64,000 nt of DNA from Octopus sinensis (lineage: Eukaryota): contig NC_043000.1 of assembly GCF_006345805.1 (NCBI RefSeq), forward strand, positions 14,570,001-14,634,000. The letters run 5' to 3'. Shown here one piece after another: positions 24,082-37,550 of this stretch. Within the stretch, counting starts at the first letter, position 1. Each line of letters starts with the position of its first letter. A model generated the notes under the pieces. It searched no databases. It was given only the letters and a program-made list of their open reading frames with translations, and was not told the origin of the DNA. The position numbers were made by a program, and so were the translations under genes.

Positions 24082-24493
24082 GGATCTTTTCGGTTTGAAC
24101 GGCAGTTTTTAACATAATTTCTAGGTAACTAAAAAATTTTAAACTTCGTATACTGGTAGAATGTGTTTATAAAACATCTTTTTCTTCATTGAGAAAATTC
24201 TATAGTTTGTACGATATTTGTTGTTGTTTTTTTCAATTTCTTTAATTTCAACCAATCACTGACGTCCATTGAGGTAAAAAACATTCTGTGCGTATAAATA
24301 TGTCCCTCGTTTAAGAAACAGATTGGGTTTATTTACATTTGTGAAGAAAAAAAGATACCCTTCCCTCCACCCCTAACTAACCCTAACCCTAAAACAGATT
24401 GAAATGCAATAGATCGATACTAGGGTCATAATTATGGGTGACACTTTCATATGACACCGCTAGAAAAAACTGCCGTTCAAACCGAAAAGATCC
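24082..24493. mobile_element. Non-autonomous DNA transposon, 29-bp perfect TIR, 8-bp TSD, superfamily unassigned
   Basis: ggatcttttcggtttgaacggcagttttt and its exact reverse complement; TSD aaatttaa (24074-24081 and 24494-24501). Confidence 0.85.
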
Positions 24494-24659
24494 AAATTTA
24501 ACAATAATCTGAAGGATTACTTAATATTTTTTGATAGTCTGAAGAAGGTTAGCAGGTCAAAACTTTGAAGGCACTGTTACAACAATTCTTGTCAACATAT
24601 AATACACAAATACACACACGCAAATATACATCCATTCAGAAGAAATATGAAAGCAGTAC

Positions 24660-24753
24660 CAGCTTTTTTTGCAGAGCTGCAGAGAAGAGTGAGTGCATCA
24701 AGCCTCAAAGGAGCACTTTCAGAACAGAGGGCTTCACGGAGTAAAGCTTCATT
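24660..24753 (-). CDS. THADA: THADA-family exon 12
   Basis: tttaacag|AAT; NEALLREALCSESAPLRLDALTLLCSSAKKA (cf. VRIDTLGLLCES); donor G|gtactg. Confidence 0.9.
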
Positions 24754-24849
24754 CTGTTAAAAAGTGAGAAAATGGTAGATGACATATATATAAGAGTGAT
24801 TTTAATGATTCCAATAATTTATATTAAGGTCTTTATAATAGCATTCTTA

Positions 24850-25009
24850 CCATATTTTAACATGTATAAGGAACCCTTTTTTCTCAAACATTAGGTTAAA
24901 AAATATGGGAGTTTCTTATACACGGATAGTATTATAATCTTTCACAAAACCTTTTTCCAAATTTTAAGCCCCAAAAATTAGGGTGTTCCTTATACACGTT
25001 AAAATACGG
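24850..25009. mobile_element. Tigger/pogo-like MITE (about 160 bp)
   Basis: TA|ccatattttaacatgtataaggaaccc ... gggtgttccttatacacgttaaaatacgg|TA. Confidence 0.75.
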
Positions 25010-25904
25010 TATATACACATACACACACACACACATATATATGTGTATGTGTATATATGTATATAGTATTAAAAAAACATTAGTTGACAAGGTACAGGTA
25101 TGTACATGTATTTAAGAAGCTAGTTTCTTAACCATGAGGTCTTGGGTTCAATCCTATTGTGCAGACCTTGAGCAAGTGTCTTCCACTATTGCCCTACTGT
25201 GTGTGTGTGTGTGCTCAGGTATGTATACATATAATTTGCCCAAGTGCTGTGCTGTGGGATTGAACCCAAAACCATGTGGTTGCAATGTGAGCTTCTTAAC
25301 CATACAAACACACCTGTACCTTTTCAACTAATGTCTTTTCTTATACTATATACATATATATACTTTAGATGGGTAAAATTCAGGGTTTTGTAGGAAAACA
25401 AAAAAGAACAACCAAATATTTCTGTACATGAGAAAATACATAGAATAAATTACTAAAATTAGAAAATGAGACAGCAAAAAGAATTAAAGTCAACATGTCT
25501 ATAGAAGAATAGGGTAAAAGATAAAAGATTTGATGTCTTTAAGTCTGTCCACTTGGAGGCCACTTCAGATCGTTGAATACTGACTTCCTCTTTGACCTTT
25601 CTTAAGTGGGTGATAGAGTCTCAACAACAATAATAATGATCTTTTTTATTTTGGCACAAGGCCAGCAATTTGAGAGGAGGGGCAAGCCAATTAGAATACT
25701 CCTTTACTTGTTTCAGTCATTTGACTGCGGCCATGCTGGAGCACCGCCTTTAATCGAGCAACTCGACCCCAGGACTTATTCTTTTGTAAGCCCAGTACTT
25801 ATTCTATCGGTCTCTTTTTGCCGAACCGCTAAGTAACGGGGACATAAGCACACCAGCATTGGTTGTCAAGCAATGCTAGGGGGACAAACACAGACACACA
25901 AACG

Positions 25905-25943
<39 letters not shown>

Positions 25944-28015
25944 GACGGGCTTCTTTCAGTTTCCGTCTACCAAATCCACTCACAAGGCTTTGGTCGGCCC
26001 GAGGCTATAGTAGAAGATACTTGCCCAAGGTGCCATGCAGTGGGACTGAACCCGGAACCATGTGGTTGGTAAACAAGCTACTTACCACACAGCCACTCCT
26101 GTGCCATTAATAATATTAATAGTTGTTGCTGCTGTAATCACCACCACCACCACCACCTCCTCTACTACCACTACCACTACTACAACAAAAATGGTACCAG
26201 AAAAAATGCCTTGCATTATTTGTTTTGGCTCTTTATATACTGTGTTCAAATCTTGCTGAGGGGAACTTTGCCTTTCGCCCTTCCAGGCTTGATACAATGC
26301 AGTACCAACCAAGTACTGGAATTGATTTAATTGGCTTACCCACTCCTCTCTGAATTGCTGGCCTTGTGTCTTTTGAATTTAATTGCTGAAGAAGGACAAA
26401 GGAGATTGGCTGAGAAGAGTGATGCACATGAATATGAAATTAAGTAGAAGATGGAGAGGATTGAGAAAGACATGTCTGAACATGATGAAGGAGAAAATTA
26501 AGACATAATAATTGATGAGGATGGAGTATAGAAGATATGGCAAAATGCTGAAGATTGTCATAGGGCCCTGCAATGCTAACCTCTGCTTCAGCATGAAAAA
26601 TCATCATAAAGCACTTGATCTTGAATTAACCATTTAGCACTCAAATTATTTTCAAATGAAATGCTTATTTATTCACATTGCTTTGCATTAATCATGCAAT
26701 ATCTCATAGCTTCAAGATTTCAATGATGTGATTGTATATTTTTAGAATAATTCTGTGGTGGTGGGCACGTAAAAAGCACCATTTGAGCATGATCGTTACC
26801 AGTGTTGCCTTACTGGCACGTAAACAAAACATTCAAGCGAGGTCTGGACTGACTCCTGTGCAGGTGGCACATAAAAAACACCATTTCGAGCGTGGACATT
26901 GCCAGTACCACCAGACTGGCCCTCGTCCGGGTGGCATGTAAAAGCACCCACTACACTCTCGGAGTGGTTGGCGTTAGGAAGGGCATCCAGCTGTAGAAAC
27001 TCTGCCAGATCAGATTGGAGCCTGGCGCAGCCATCTGGTTTGCCAGTCCTCAGACAAATTGTCCAACCCATGCTAGCATGGAAAGAAGACGTTAAAGGAT
27101 GACGAGGATGATGATGATGATGATATTGTTGGGTAGATGTGAGAGGCTAGACCTAGTAGGTTTGAACACAAAACTGGCCAGATATGGCCAGTTTAAAGGC
27201 GAGAGGATTAAAGTATATATGGCAAAAATAACAAAGGGCTGTGGTAAATATCATGTTTATTGGTGTAGACATGGTTGTGTTGTTAAGGAGCTTAGTTCAC
27301 AACCATATGATCCTGGGCACAGTCCCACTATGAGGCAACTACAGCTACAGACTGACCAAAGACTTGTGAGTGGATGGAAACTGAAAGAAGCCCGTCATAT
27401 GCGTGTGCATACACCTGTCTAGACATCACTTGTAAACCCTTGTAAGCTTGTAAATCCTCCTCCAAGCGAAGTTGTTTCTGCTCTTCCATGAAAAACAAGC
27501 CTGGCTATGGGGAAATGTTACTTGGAAACAGATGAAGGTTAGTGACAGGAAGAGCATCTGGCTGTAGAAAATTTATCTCAACAAATTCTGTCTGATCCAT
27601 ATAAGCATGGAAAAGTGGACATTAAATGATGATGATGTTGATTTACATTTTGAGTTTATATCTCACAATTCCACTGGAATTAACTTTACCTTCCGACCTT
27701 CTGGCATTAACAAAATAGGTATTAGTCATGCCTGTTCATTCAATTTTACATTAGATGATTAGATGAGACATTCCTTTTACAGCCAAATGCCCTCTTCTTG
27801 TCACTAATGTTTACCTGTTTTTCAAGTAAAGGAGTTTCCATTCCACTCATCTTCAAAAGCATAAAGCAATTCCATGATTTGTTTGCAAGGAAATATCACC
27901 ATCACCAAATGCAGGTCAATGATTTCTTGGAGAAACACAGAATATTAATATTCATACGCACATACACACATACATGCACACACACACGTACATGCATAGT
28001 AATATACATACATGC

Positions 28016-28058
<43 letters not shown>

Positions 28059-28191
28059 GAGATAATGGTGTTATTGAGACCCAAGGGTGTTAGGTAATGC
28101 TGAATAAGTGCTATAGACAGACCATAGTTAAGTTCCAGATTTTGTAATATTGCGAATAAAGGGTTCAACGTTGGTTCTTTGTCAGCGTGTG

Positions 28192-28396
28192 TATATATGA
28201 ATTTTTTGCATAATGAGATAAAAAAACCAAAGCTGTATAGATATTAGAGCATTTATAGATAGAAGGTCTTACAGCTGTTTCTAGGATATTATCAATTAAT
28301 ATCCTAGAAACAGCTGTAAGACCTTCTATCTATAAATGCTCTAATATCTATACAGCCTTGGTTTTTTTATCTCATTACGCAAAAAATTCATATATA
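28192..28396. repeat. Near-perfect 100-bp-arm palindrome with 5-nt loop
   Basis: 28192-28291 is the reverse complement of 28297-28396 with 2 mismatches; loop tcaat; (TA)n flanks. Confidence 0.95.
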
Positions 28397-30333
28397 TATA
28401 CATATATATATACACACACACACACATATATATTATATATATACACACATATACACATCTATTATGGCCTTTGTACAGTTTCTGACTACCAAAATCCACT
28501 CAGAAGGCTTTGGTTAGCCTAGGGATAGTAGTAGAAGACATTTGTCCAAGATGCCATGTAGTAGGATTGAACCCATGACCAGATGGTTAGGGAGCAAACT
28601 CCTAAACCACACATCCATTCTCGTGCCTGTACAGGAGTAAATTTTAGCCAACTATGACCTTCCTACAAAATACACAACCTTCTGTCCAGTCATTATCAGT
28701 TTTTAAGAGTCAGTCGTGACTAATTAAGGAGGAGAAAGGTCAAACACGTTATTCCTCATAAAGGATGGAGTCATTTATTCCGTATTACATTGACCATAGA
28801 AACCTTCACAAGAGGCTGATTCATTACTGAACACATACATACACGCATGCATGCATGCACACACACACACACACACACTTCTTTCTCAGCTAGAAATACT
28901 CAAACATATTGACTAAACTAGCAGAATCTGCAGCTGTTAAAAACATTATGTATCAAATTGATTTGGATTCTAGCTATATTGCAGATTTTCATAGATCTAA
29001 AAAGCAAGGTCATAATCATCATCATCATTATATACTGCATAAACATATGCACACACACACACACACACACACACCTATATATATGCATGCATCATCATCA
29101 TCATCATTTAACACTTGTTGTCCATGCTGGCATGGGTTGGATGGTTTGACTGGGCTGGCAAGCTGGAAGGCTGTGCCAAGCAATATAGATTTTCTGTTTT
29201 GGTGTAACATCATGTATTTGCTGAAATATAACATCACGTGTATACAAGGCACCGAATTAACCCCAGTAGTAAACTGGTACTCATCTTACCAACGCAAGAG
29301 TTATGGGGAATAAAGTCAACTCTGGTAAGATTTTAAGTCCAAATCCTATCATTTCTACTAATCATAATGCTTGGATAAACCAACAAAAATAATAATTCTT
29401 TCTACTATAGGCATATCACCTGAAACTCTCGGGGAGGGGACAAGTTGATTACATCAATTCCTTGATCAACTGGTACATATTTATCATCTACAAAAGGATG
29501 AAAGACAAAGTCAACCTCAGCAGAATTTCAACTCAGTATGTGACAATAATAATAATGACTCTTTCTATTATAGGCACAAGGCCTGAAATTCTGGGGAAGG
29601 GGACCATTCAATAACACTGACACCAGTGCTCAACTGGTACTTATTTTATCAACTCCAAATGGAAGACAGAGACAACCTAAAAGGAATTTAAAACCCATAT
29701 AAACCCCTGGTTGCCTTTTTGCAATGCAAAACCTGCCCCTACTTGTTTGGACATGAACTTGCCGGGAAACATCTGACTGAGCATACGAAATATTCAGTAG
29801 GTAGCTGACATCCATACCTAACAGTTGCATACTGTCCTTCTCTTCCAGATTATGAAAGCTTACCGTAACAGTTTATCTAAATACATTGAAATTTTAAGAC
29901 TTCATTTTTTTATGGGCATATATGAGTTAAACTTAGAATGTAAAGCTGGAAGAAATACCAATAAATAGTTTGTCTGGTGTGCTAATGATACTGTGAACTT
30001 GCTGCCTTAAACTTTATAAATTGATATTTCCATTATTGATATAACACTTCACAAAGGTAAATAAACAATTAGAAGAGTATAATGGGATATGTAATAAAAT
30101 ACAGATCAACTGTTTATTGAAATTCTAAACAATATTTCAACAATATGTCTATGTTCTTTAGGTTCAAAATAAGATGAGAGAAAAATGAGACAAGCTTAAT
30201 GAAAATACAGAAATGCAGAAATTCAAAATTGCAATGGAACTTTCCTGTGTCCCTTCCCAAACAAAAATACATCATCAAGTTTTGCTTGTTTGTAACTGAT
30301 TAAAACAAGAAACGAAAGAGAGAGGATACATAC

Positions 30334-30568
30334 CCATTCAATGGAACCAGAGAGATTTCTCATTGTCAGAGAGACCATAATCCAAATGTGTAGTAGTTCA
30401 GGATGACTCCACTTTGATTGAAGATCCAGCTTATGACAAAGATCCAGCTGTGGATGTTTGGAAGGACTCAAAGCTCCGGTCAGCAACATGCTGAGATGTT
30501 GACCACACTGAGGGATGAACTTCAGAGTGGACGGCAACCAGTAATGGCAGATATTACGTTTTACCAGC
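30334..30568 (-). CDS. THADA: THADA-family exon 11
   Basis: accattag|G CTG; LVKRNICHYWLPSTLKFIPQ (cf. THADA YVIDYYLPKLL) ...LLHIWIMVSLTMRNLSGSIEW; donor TGG|gtatgt. Confidence 0.9.
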
Positions 30569-30698
30569 CTAATGGTGTAAAAGAAAAGAAAAAAAAATAC
30601 CAATAAATATCTATTCAGAATTTCGTTCAGTAAATTGAAAAACAATTAGAGTTCATGTTTACAGATTGAGTCAAGCTGAGTACCTGGGTGATACTTAC

Positions 30699-30773
30699 TC
30701 ATCTTCATTAGCAAGGCCATCAAGGAGTGTGTTTCTCCAGTCTTGGTCCCAGATACTCACAGCATCTTTGCAC
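30699..30773 (-). CDS. THADA: THADA-family exon 10
   Basis: ttgaccag|G TGC; CKDAVSIWDQDWRNTLLDGLANED; donor GA|gtaagt; phase 2/2. Confidence 0.85.
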
Positions 30774-32805
30774 CTGGTCAAAAGAACAAACAAAATTAAC
30801 AGTGCATCATCGTCATCATTTTAATGATCACTTTCCCATGCTTGCATGGGTTCTGATGAGACTTATGGAGGCAGATATTCTATGGCCAGATGCCCTTCCT
30901 GTTGCCAACCCTCACCTGTTTCCAAGTAAAGTAACATTTCCCCATAACCAGGTAGGTTTTCACAGAATATTGGAAATGAATGACACTGCTTCTATGACAG
31001 TGACACTCATTTATGACTATCACATAAGGCAAAGAGACATAAGCATATTCTCTGTCTGTCTCTCTCTCTCTCAAACACACACACACACACACACAACAAG
31101 CTTCTTTCAGTTTCTCTCAGCAAAATCTACTCACAAGACACTTGCCCAAGGTACCAGGCAGTGAGACCGAACTTGAAACCATGTGGTTAGGAAGCAAACT
31201 CCTTAACCACACAGCCAAACTTACCCCTATTCACAGAGCCACACCTTCAGCACTGGTCGCAAAAAATACATACTGGATCAATTCAATAAATTTGAAAAAA
31301 AAAAGGTAAGTGTATACATAGGAAGAAATACCATAATTTGTGTAAACTGGTTTGATAATGAAGCACAAACTAATATATTATACACTTAGTAAATTTTTTT
31401 ACTGGTATCTTCATGAGAGATACAGCTTCATTCTGTTAACCGCTACCTCCCACAACAACTAGTACTTCTGTTATCACCTCACTCAACAAAACTGTTGTCT
31501 CTACTACCACCAGCTCCACCACCATTGCCCCAACTACTACCATCACCACACTGTCCACAACCATCGCCTCTGCTACTACTCAGTCTACTACTGCCTTACT
31601 GCTATTACCACCACCCATATTGCCCACTACTATCATAATTCTATCACAACTGGATTGGGCTTACAAGGGTGTTTCCATATGGCTATTTAAACAATGAAAT
31701 ACAGTCAAAAAATCTCAGTGAATGCAAATGAAACAGTATTAAATTAAAACATCCACCAGTGTATAATACTAAATGTATATACACTGAAGAAAGGCATGCT
31801 GCTGCGGTTTTTGTCTGAGAGAAAATCTCTTCATAGACAAGCTGTGTTAAAAACACAATATATATATATATATATATAAGTAAATCAAACATCATCACAG
31901 CAGTAACTTATGGGAACATCAAATGCATTTCACCATTTTTGCAGCTTGTCAATAATGTGTACCTATTTGTTACATGCTTGAACAAAATTTGTGCCAGTTA
32001 TATAGGAAAAAATGAATAAAACATTACTAATATTGCAGAATATATGCTGGGCTGTAATAAAACTTGGTGAATACAATTGAAACAGTATTAAATTAACCTT
32101 TAGCACATTGTAGGTGAATCATGTCATCTTACAAGTTTTCTCCCTTCTCAATATGACACAATGTGACTGCAGCTATAGGTGAGAAAACTCATATGGTGAC
32201 ATGATGTGCCTAAGCATGCTAAAGATTTAGTAGGCATCTGTCTGTGTGAAGACAAAAAAAAGACAGACACATCACTACCTTACTCTTTTTTTTTTAAATT
32301 ACCCAATTTTATATTTCTATACCAAGTTTTCCTTATATGTATACATGCACATACTCACACACACATTCTTATAGACAGGTATGTAGGTAGGCAGGCAGGC
32401 AGGCAGACAGACAAATAGATACGGAACTTTTTTTTAAATTCTCCTTTTCCATACATTTATCCTTCAAATATCGCTTGCCCCACTTCTCCCTACAATTAGA
32501 TGTATGTGTGTGTGCGTGTGTAATTACATCCACCGGCCAACAATATGTTCTGGTTGGGGAAGTGTAGAAATATGTTCATCTAGTTCACTGTTTAAAGGCC
32601 ACAGTCATTTATTATTTATGTTCTTAGAGTTTTATATATCATCATCATCATCATCATCATCATTTAATGTCTGTTGTCCATGCTGGCATAGGTTGGGTGG
32701 TTGATCAGGGCTGGCAAGCTGGAAGACTGCATCAGATTCCAGTCTGATTTGGCATGGTTTCTATGGTTAGATAACTTTCCTAACATCAACTATATATATA
32801 GATCA

Positions 32806-32990
32806 TTAGCCACTACACACATTTTTTTCCCTCCTTGTTTTTTTCTGTGTCCCTTTCTGTAGAAGAGCGTAGGCTCGAAACATAAAAGACTTTTTTCTAT
32901 TCCTGAGCGTTATACTAATATATCTGTTTCTTTTGTACACCACCTGTCTTCGTCTTTTGTTTTTTTTGTAAACTCTCCTTATATATATAT
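32806..32990 (+). mobile_element. Probable Penelope-like element terminal-repeat fragment
   Basis: Contains ctgtagaagagcgtaggctcgaaacat (degenerate hammerhead-type motif) and sits between (TA)n runs. Confidence 0.5.
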
Positions 32991-34272
32991 GATGGGCTTC
33001 TAAACAACTTCTGCCCAACAAATTTCACTTACAGGGCATATAAGACCAAGGATATAAAGATAGACACTTGCTTGTTGTAACACACACCAGTGGGATGAAA
33101 CCTGTAACCACATGGCTTAGAAACTCCAAAAAACAACAGCCTTAACCTTTCCCGAATAGTGAGATCGATATGGCTAATGTTCAGTTTAAACACACTGAAA
33201 GCTATATTTTCAAGATGTGCATAGGTCAGAGTGAATATCAGAGTGTTGTAACTCTGGAGAGGAACTTCACTAGAGAGTGAAGTATTTATTGCAAGGGTTG
33301 GGAAGTGAAATACTTTCTATGGGAATGGAAAGAGGAGAAACAAGTAAGTTATATACTCTTTTACTTGTTTCAGTCATTTGACTGCGGCCATGCTGGAGCA
33401 CCACCTTTAGTTGAGCAAATCGACCCCAGGACTTATTCTTTGTAAGCCTAGTACTTATTCTATCGGTCTCTTTTGCCGAACCGCTAAGTTACGGAGGACA
33501 TAAACACACCAGCATCGGTTGTTGAGCGATGTTGGGGTGACAAACACAGACACACAAACATATACACATGCATACATACACATATATACAACAGGCTTCT
33601 TTCAGTTTCTTTCTACCAAATCCACTCACAAGGCTTTGGTCAGCCCGAGGCTATAGTGGAAGAACTTGCCCAAGGTGCCACACAACGAGACTGAACCTGG
33701 AACCATGTGATTGGAAAGCAAGCTACTTACCACACAGCCACTCCTGCGCCTATATGGGTATAGAAGGTACACAGAAAGCTATTTTGAAAGATCAGAGACC
33801 ATGCAATGGCAATAGGAGAGTTAACCCTTTAGCATTCAAACGGGCCATATCTGGCCCAAATAATCTACCTGTTTTGTGTTCAAACTGACTGATTAGGCCT
33901 CTCACAACTTCCCTGCAATGTCATTTTAAAATTAAACAAACACATCATCAAAATCTCAAAGCATGATTAATTCAAAACAGTGTTAATAAATAAGCATTAG
34001 ATTTGAAAAAGTAATCTGAATGTTAGAAGGTGAAGGGAAGGAAATTGTTTGTCATTAAACTAATTGGCAATGATCCACCCTTAATGAGTGGATCATTGCT
34101 CATTAGTTTAATGACTGGATGTGTGCTACAATGTGTATGCATGTATAATTGTGCAGCAGCACCACCACCATCTGACAGACATATGCACACACACACACAC
34201 ACACACACACAGAATTCAAAAGTAAGATATTAGACTGCAGTCAGTGGCAAAATGTCCTTACAAAAGACTCAC

Positions 34273-34385
34273 AGAGCAAGTTTGGTCATGTAAACACGGT
34301 AAACCTCGCTGGCAGAAGTTACCAGATGATTCGTAGCCATACACATAACCAACTGTGATTTCACTTCTTCCAGGTTAGAGAATGC
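34273..34385 (-). CDS. THADA: THADA-family exon 9
   Basis: atttcag|GCA; AFSNLEEVKSQLVMCMATNHLVTSASEVYRVYMTKLA; donor CT|gtgagt; phase 0 in, 2 out. Confidence 0.85.
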
Positions 34386-35410
34386 CTGAAATATAATGTA
34401 AAAAATATCTTTCAATGTATTTATCATCATAATAACCACCATCACCACAAATGAAAAATGAATATGTAATTATATGCATAATATATATATACATATATAT
34501 GTATATATACAATTATAACAACAACAACAACAACAATAATAACAATAATAATGATAGTATTTCATAATCTTAAAGCCTATAATCAATCACCACACAGTGA
34601 CTAACGAAAATAGGCTAATAATGGGGTATATAAGCCCTCGACGGAAAAAAGTTTTCTCGTACAAGGCCAGAAATATACTCATATCATATGAACTCTTTTG
34701 ACAATTGTTTTAGTTTCATAAATTACAAGTTAATTGTTCTAACCTTCAATAAATCATGAAAATAAACAAGAATTTGGAGTGTTTCAATAGAATATTAATT
34801 TAATTTAGCATTTAGAATATAAATTGAAAAAAGTTTCTAACATCAGATTATTATCTTGAGCATGGACGTTTTCAAACAGATGGTATTTGTTTGGAATCAA
34901 AAATAATTCATGTTCTACGGTCATTATTAACATCATCATTATCAATGTCATTTTACATCTGTTTTCTATGCTGGCATGAGTTGGATGCTTTGACAGGTGC
35001 TGGCCAGTTGAAGAGCTGCTCAGGCTCCATGTCTGTTTTGATATGATTTCTATGGCTGGCCACCCTTCCTAATGCCAACCATTTTACAGAGTGTGATGGG
35101 TGCTTTCTCTGTGGCACTGGCATGGGTACTTTTTATGTGGTACCAGCACAAGCGGTTTTTATGTAGCATCAACACAGGTGTTCTTTACGTGGTACTGGCA
35201 CATTATATAAATTTGCTCAGGCTGCTTGATTTATTCTAATACTGACTGATATATAGACATGCTTATTCAGAGAATATTTGTGGATCTGGTTGCACCAAAA
35301 TGTAATCATGTTCAACTCAGTCAGAATTGTGATTCTTTGATTGTTAGTCACATGGGGTTTTAACAAAAAAACTGGTTTTATAGTATGGTTAGAAATATGG
35401 TCCTCTATTG

Positions 35411-35974
35411 CAATGCTACTCAAAGTGGTGGTCAGCAGACTGGTACTCTGTGAGTTTCCAGAAAAGAAGGAAACAATAGCATAATTTCAGTAATTTCACC
35501 TTATGCACTGCAGTAAACAACTTTTCAGCTTATGTAATATTGTATTAGTTGTTTACAAAATAAATTGTCAACTTTTATTATATTCATTATATATATATTG
35601 TAAAGTATAGAAGCCATCTTATCATGGCTAACCACATTGGGGAGGGGGTGTTACTGTAGCTTTATAGCCCCAAGAGATCTTCGTCTCTAGCTGGCTTTAG
35701 ACACAATATCTGTGTCCTTGGAGTATTTGCAAAGGGAGGCCATCCCTTCCTCGCAAGCCTGAGTGATACGCTCGAACTAGTTTCGGGATTGTTGTCCCTC
35801 ATCAACGGGCAGTAACCACCAGGTAGCGATGAAAGAGAAGGCTCCTTTGCAAGAAAAACCATTATATATATAGTTTCCGGTATAAATTAATATTACTAAG
35901 AAATATTACTGGTCCCTGGCACATTGGAAAAGAAAACTGCCAGTATGCCGCAACAGATAGTTTGAGAAGCACTG
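35411..35974. mobile_element. hAT (Charlie-like) MITE with 8-bp TSD
   Basis: TIRs caatgctactcaaa / tttgagaagcactg; TSD ctctattg at 35403-35410 and 35975-35982. Confidence 0.8.
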
Positions 35975-36499
35975 CTCTATTGAATGTAAACTGTATCTTT
36001 GACTGGTAAATATGTTACATAACATCATCATCATCATCGTTTAATGTCCGTATTCCATGCTAGCATGGGTTGGACGATTTGACTAAGGACTGGCAAACCA
36101 GATGGCTCCACCAGGCTCCAGTCTGATCTGGCAGTGTTTCTACAGCTGGATGCCCTTCCTAACGCCAACCACTCCATGAGTGTAGTGGGTGCTTTTTACG
36201 TGCCAGGGGAGGCTGGCAACGACCACGATCGGTTGGTGCTCTTATATGCATGGAAGCCAGTCAAAGCGGCGCTGGCATCGGCCATGTTTAGATGGTGCTT
36301 TTTATGTGCCACCGGCACAGGTATCCAACTACAATTTCCATTTGATCATCTACAATTTCGAACGTCTCAGGTAAATCACGTCATTAGTCAATTGTATTTT
36401 ATATACATTTTCAAGATGTGTGATGGTGTTCTGAGATAACTCAGACCTCAAAGGAAAAAAGATTGCTGAGGTGAAATTTAAGGAGAATAATTTACTTAC

Positions 36500-36815
36500 A
36501 TTGTTGTATTCCAAAAACTGAAGCAGAGAACTCATCAACTTATATTTCCCTTTCACATACCAAGGTAATGTAATCAACCTCTGAAGCAGTTTTTGTGGCA
36601 AAGCATTACCATCTTGACTGCCAAGACTGCGCTCTACATGCCAAATTTGACACATGATGTGGAATATATTGGAAACAGTCTCTGACACACCTTCAACTGG
36701 GCTGTCCCAATGCAACCATATTAACTCCAGAGATTGGCTTTCAAGTTTCTCTCGATTTTCTTGGGAGAAACCAGATGAGTTCTTAATATAGAGTTCAGGA
36801 AGAAGTCTCAAATAC
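36500..36815 (-). CDS. THADA: THADA-family exon 8
   Basis: ctcttag|G TAT; contains LELIWLHWDSPVEGV and LITLPWYVKGKYKL, matching recalled human THADA LEYVYTHWEHPLDAL and LLRLEWHIKGKY; donor AAT|gtaagt. Confidence 0.92.
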
Positions 36816-37550
36816 CTAAGAGAGAAGAAAAAAAAAGAAGAAAATTCTATATTAAAATTGAAAACCCTCAAATTAAAGAAAAGAAAAAGGAAAGTGAAAT
36901 TTGAATAAAATAAAAAATTATATAGAAAAAGGGAATCTTACAATGCTTCAAGTGAACTACAATGCTCTTTAAAAAATCTCATTTATCTCATCTAGGTCAT
37001 CCCATAGGTTGCCCCAAGACCATTTCCACACATTTTCCCCCCTTTCATCTCGATCTTCCATAATGGTCCTCAGCTCCTGTACCCTTTCCATACCAGTATC
37101 CTCCAGCAAGTTGTCGATATAGGCAAAAGTGACCGATAGAATAAGTACTAGGCTTACAAAGAATATGTCCTGGGATCGATTTGCTCGACTAAAGGCGGTG
37201 CTCCAGCATGGCCACAGTCAAATGACTGAAACAAGTAAAAGAGTAAAAAGAGTTTTAGTTTTTGGACTGTGCGATGCATTGTGTTCTTGAGCAAAACACT
37301 TCCTTTCAGTTTGCTCCAGTCCACTTGGCTGATAAAAATGAGTAATGCTGCAAGAGACGAGCATCCCATCCAGGGAGAAATATATATGCCAGAGAAACTG
37401 GGAAACCTGCCCTATACTCATTAGGGAATAATGTGGACAAACCATTCATTGATAGGAAATTAATCTGTGTTAAACGTAAGGGGACCTGTAAGATAAAATA
37501 CCATGTTATTTGCAATATTAAGTATGTAATAAAATGAAATGTTGTGTTAC

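Noticed and set aside
26395-26560. Possible host exon DWLRRVMHMNMK...
   Set aside because: More likely a very old RTE C-terminal relic; contains stops and is too degenerate to annotate.
35217-35423. 68-aa minus-strand ORF as a THADA exon
   Set aside because: No family similarity; exons 8-9-10 join without it.
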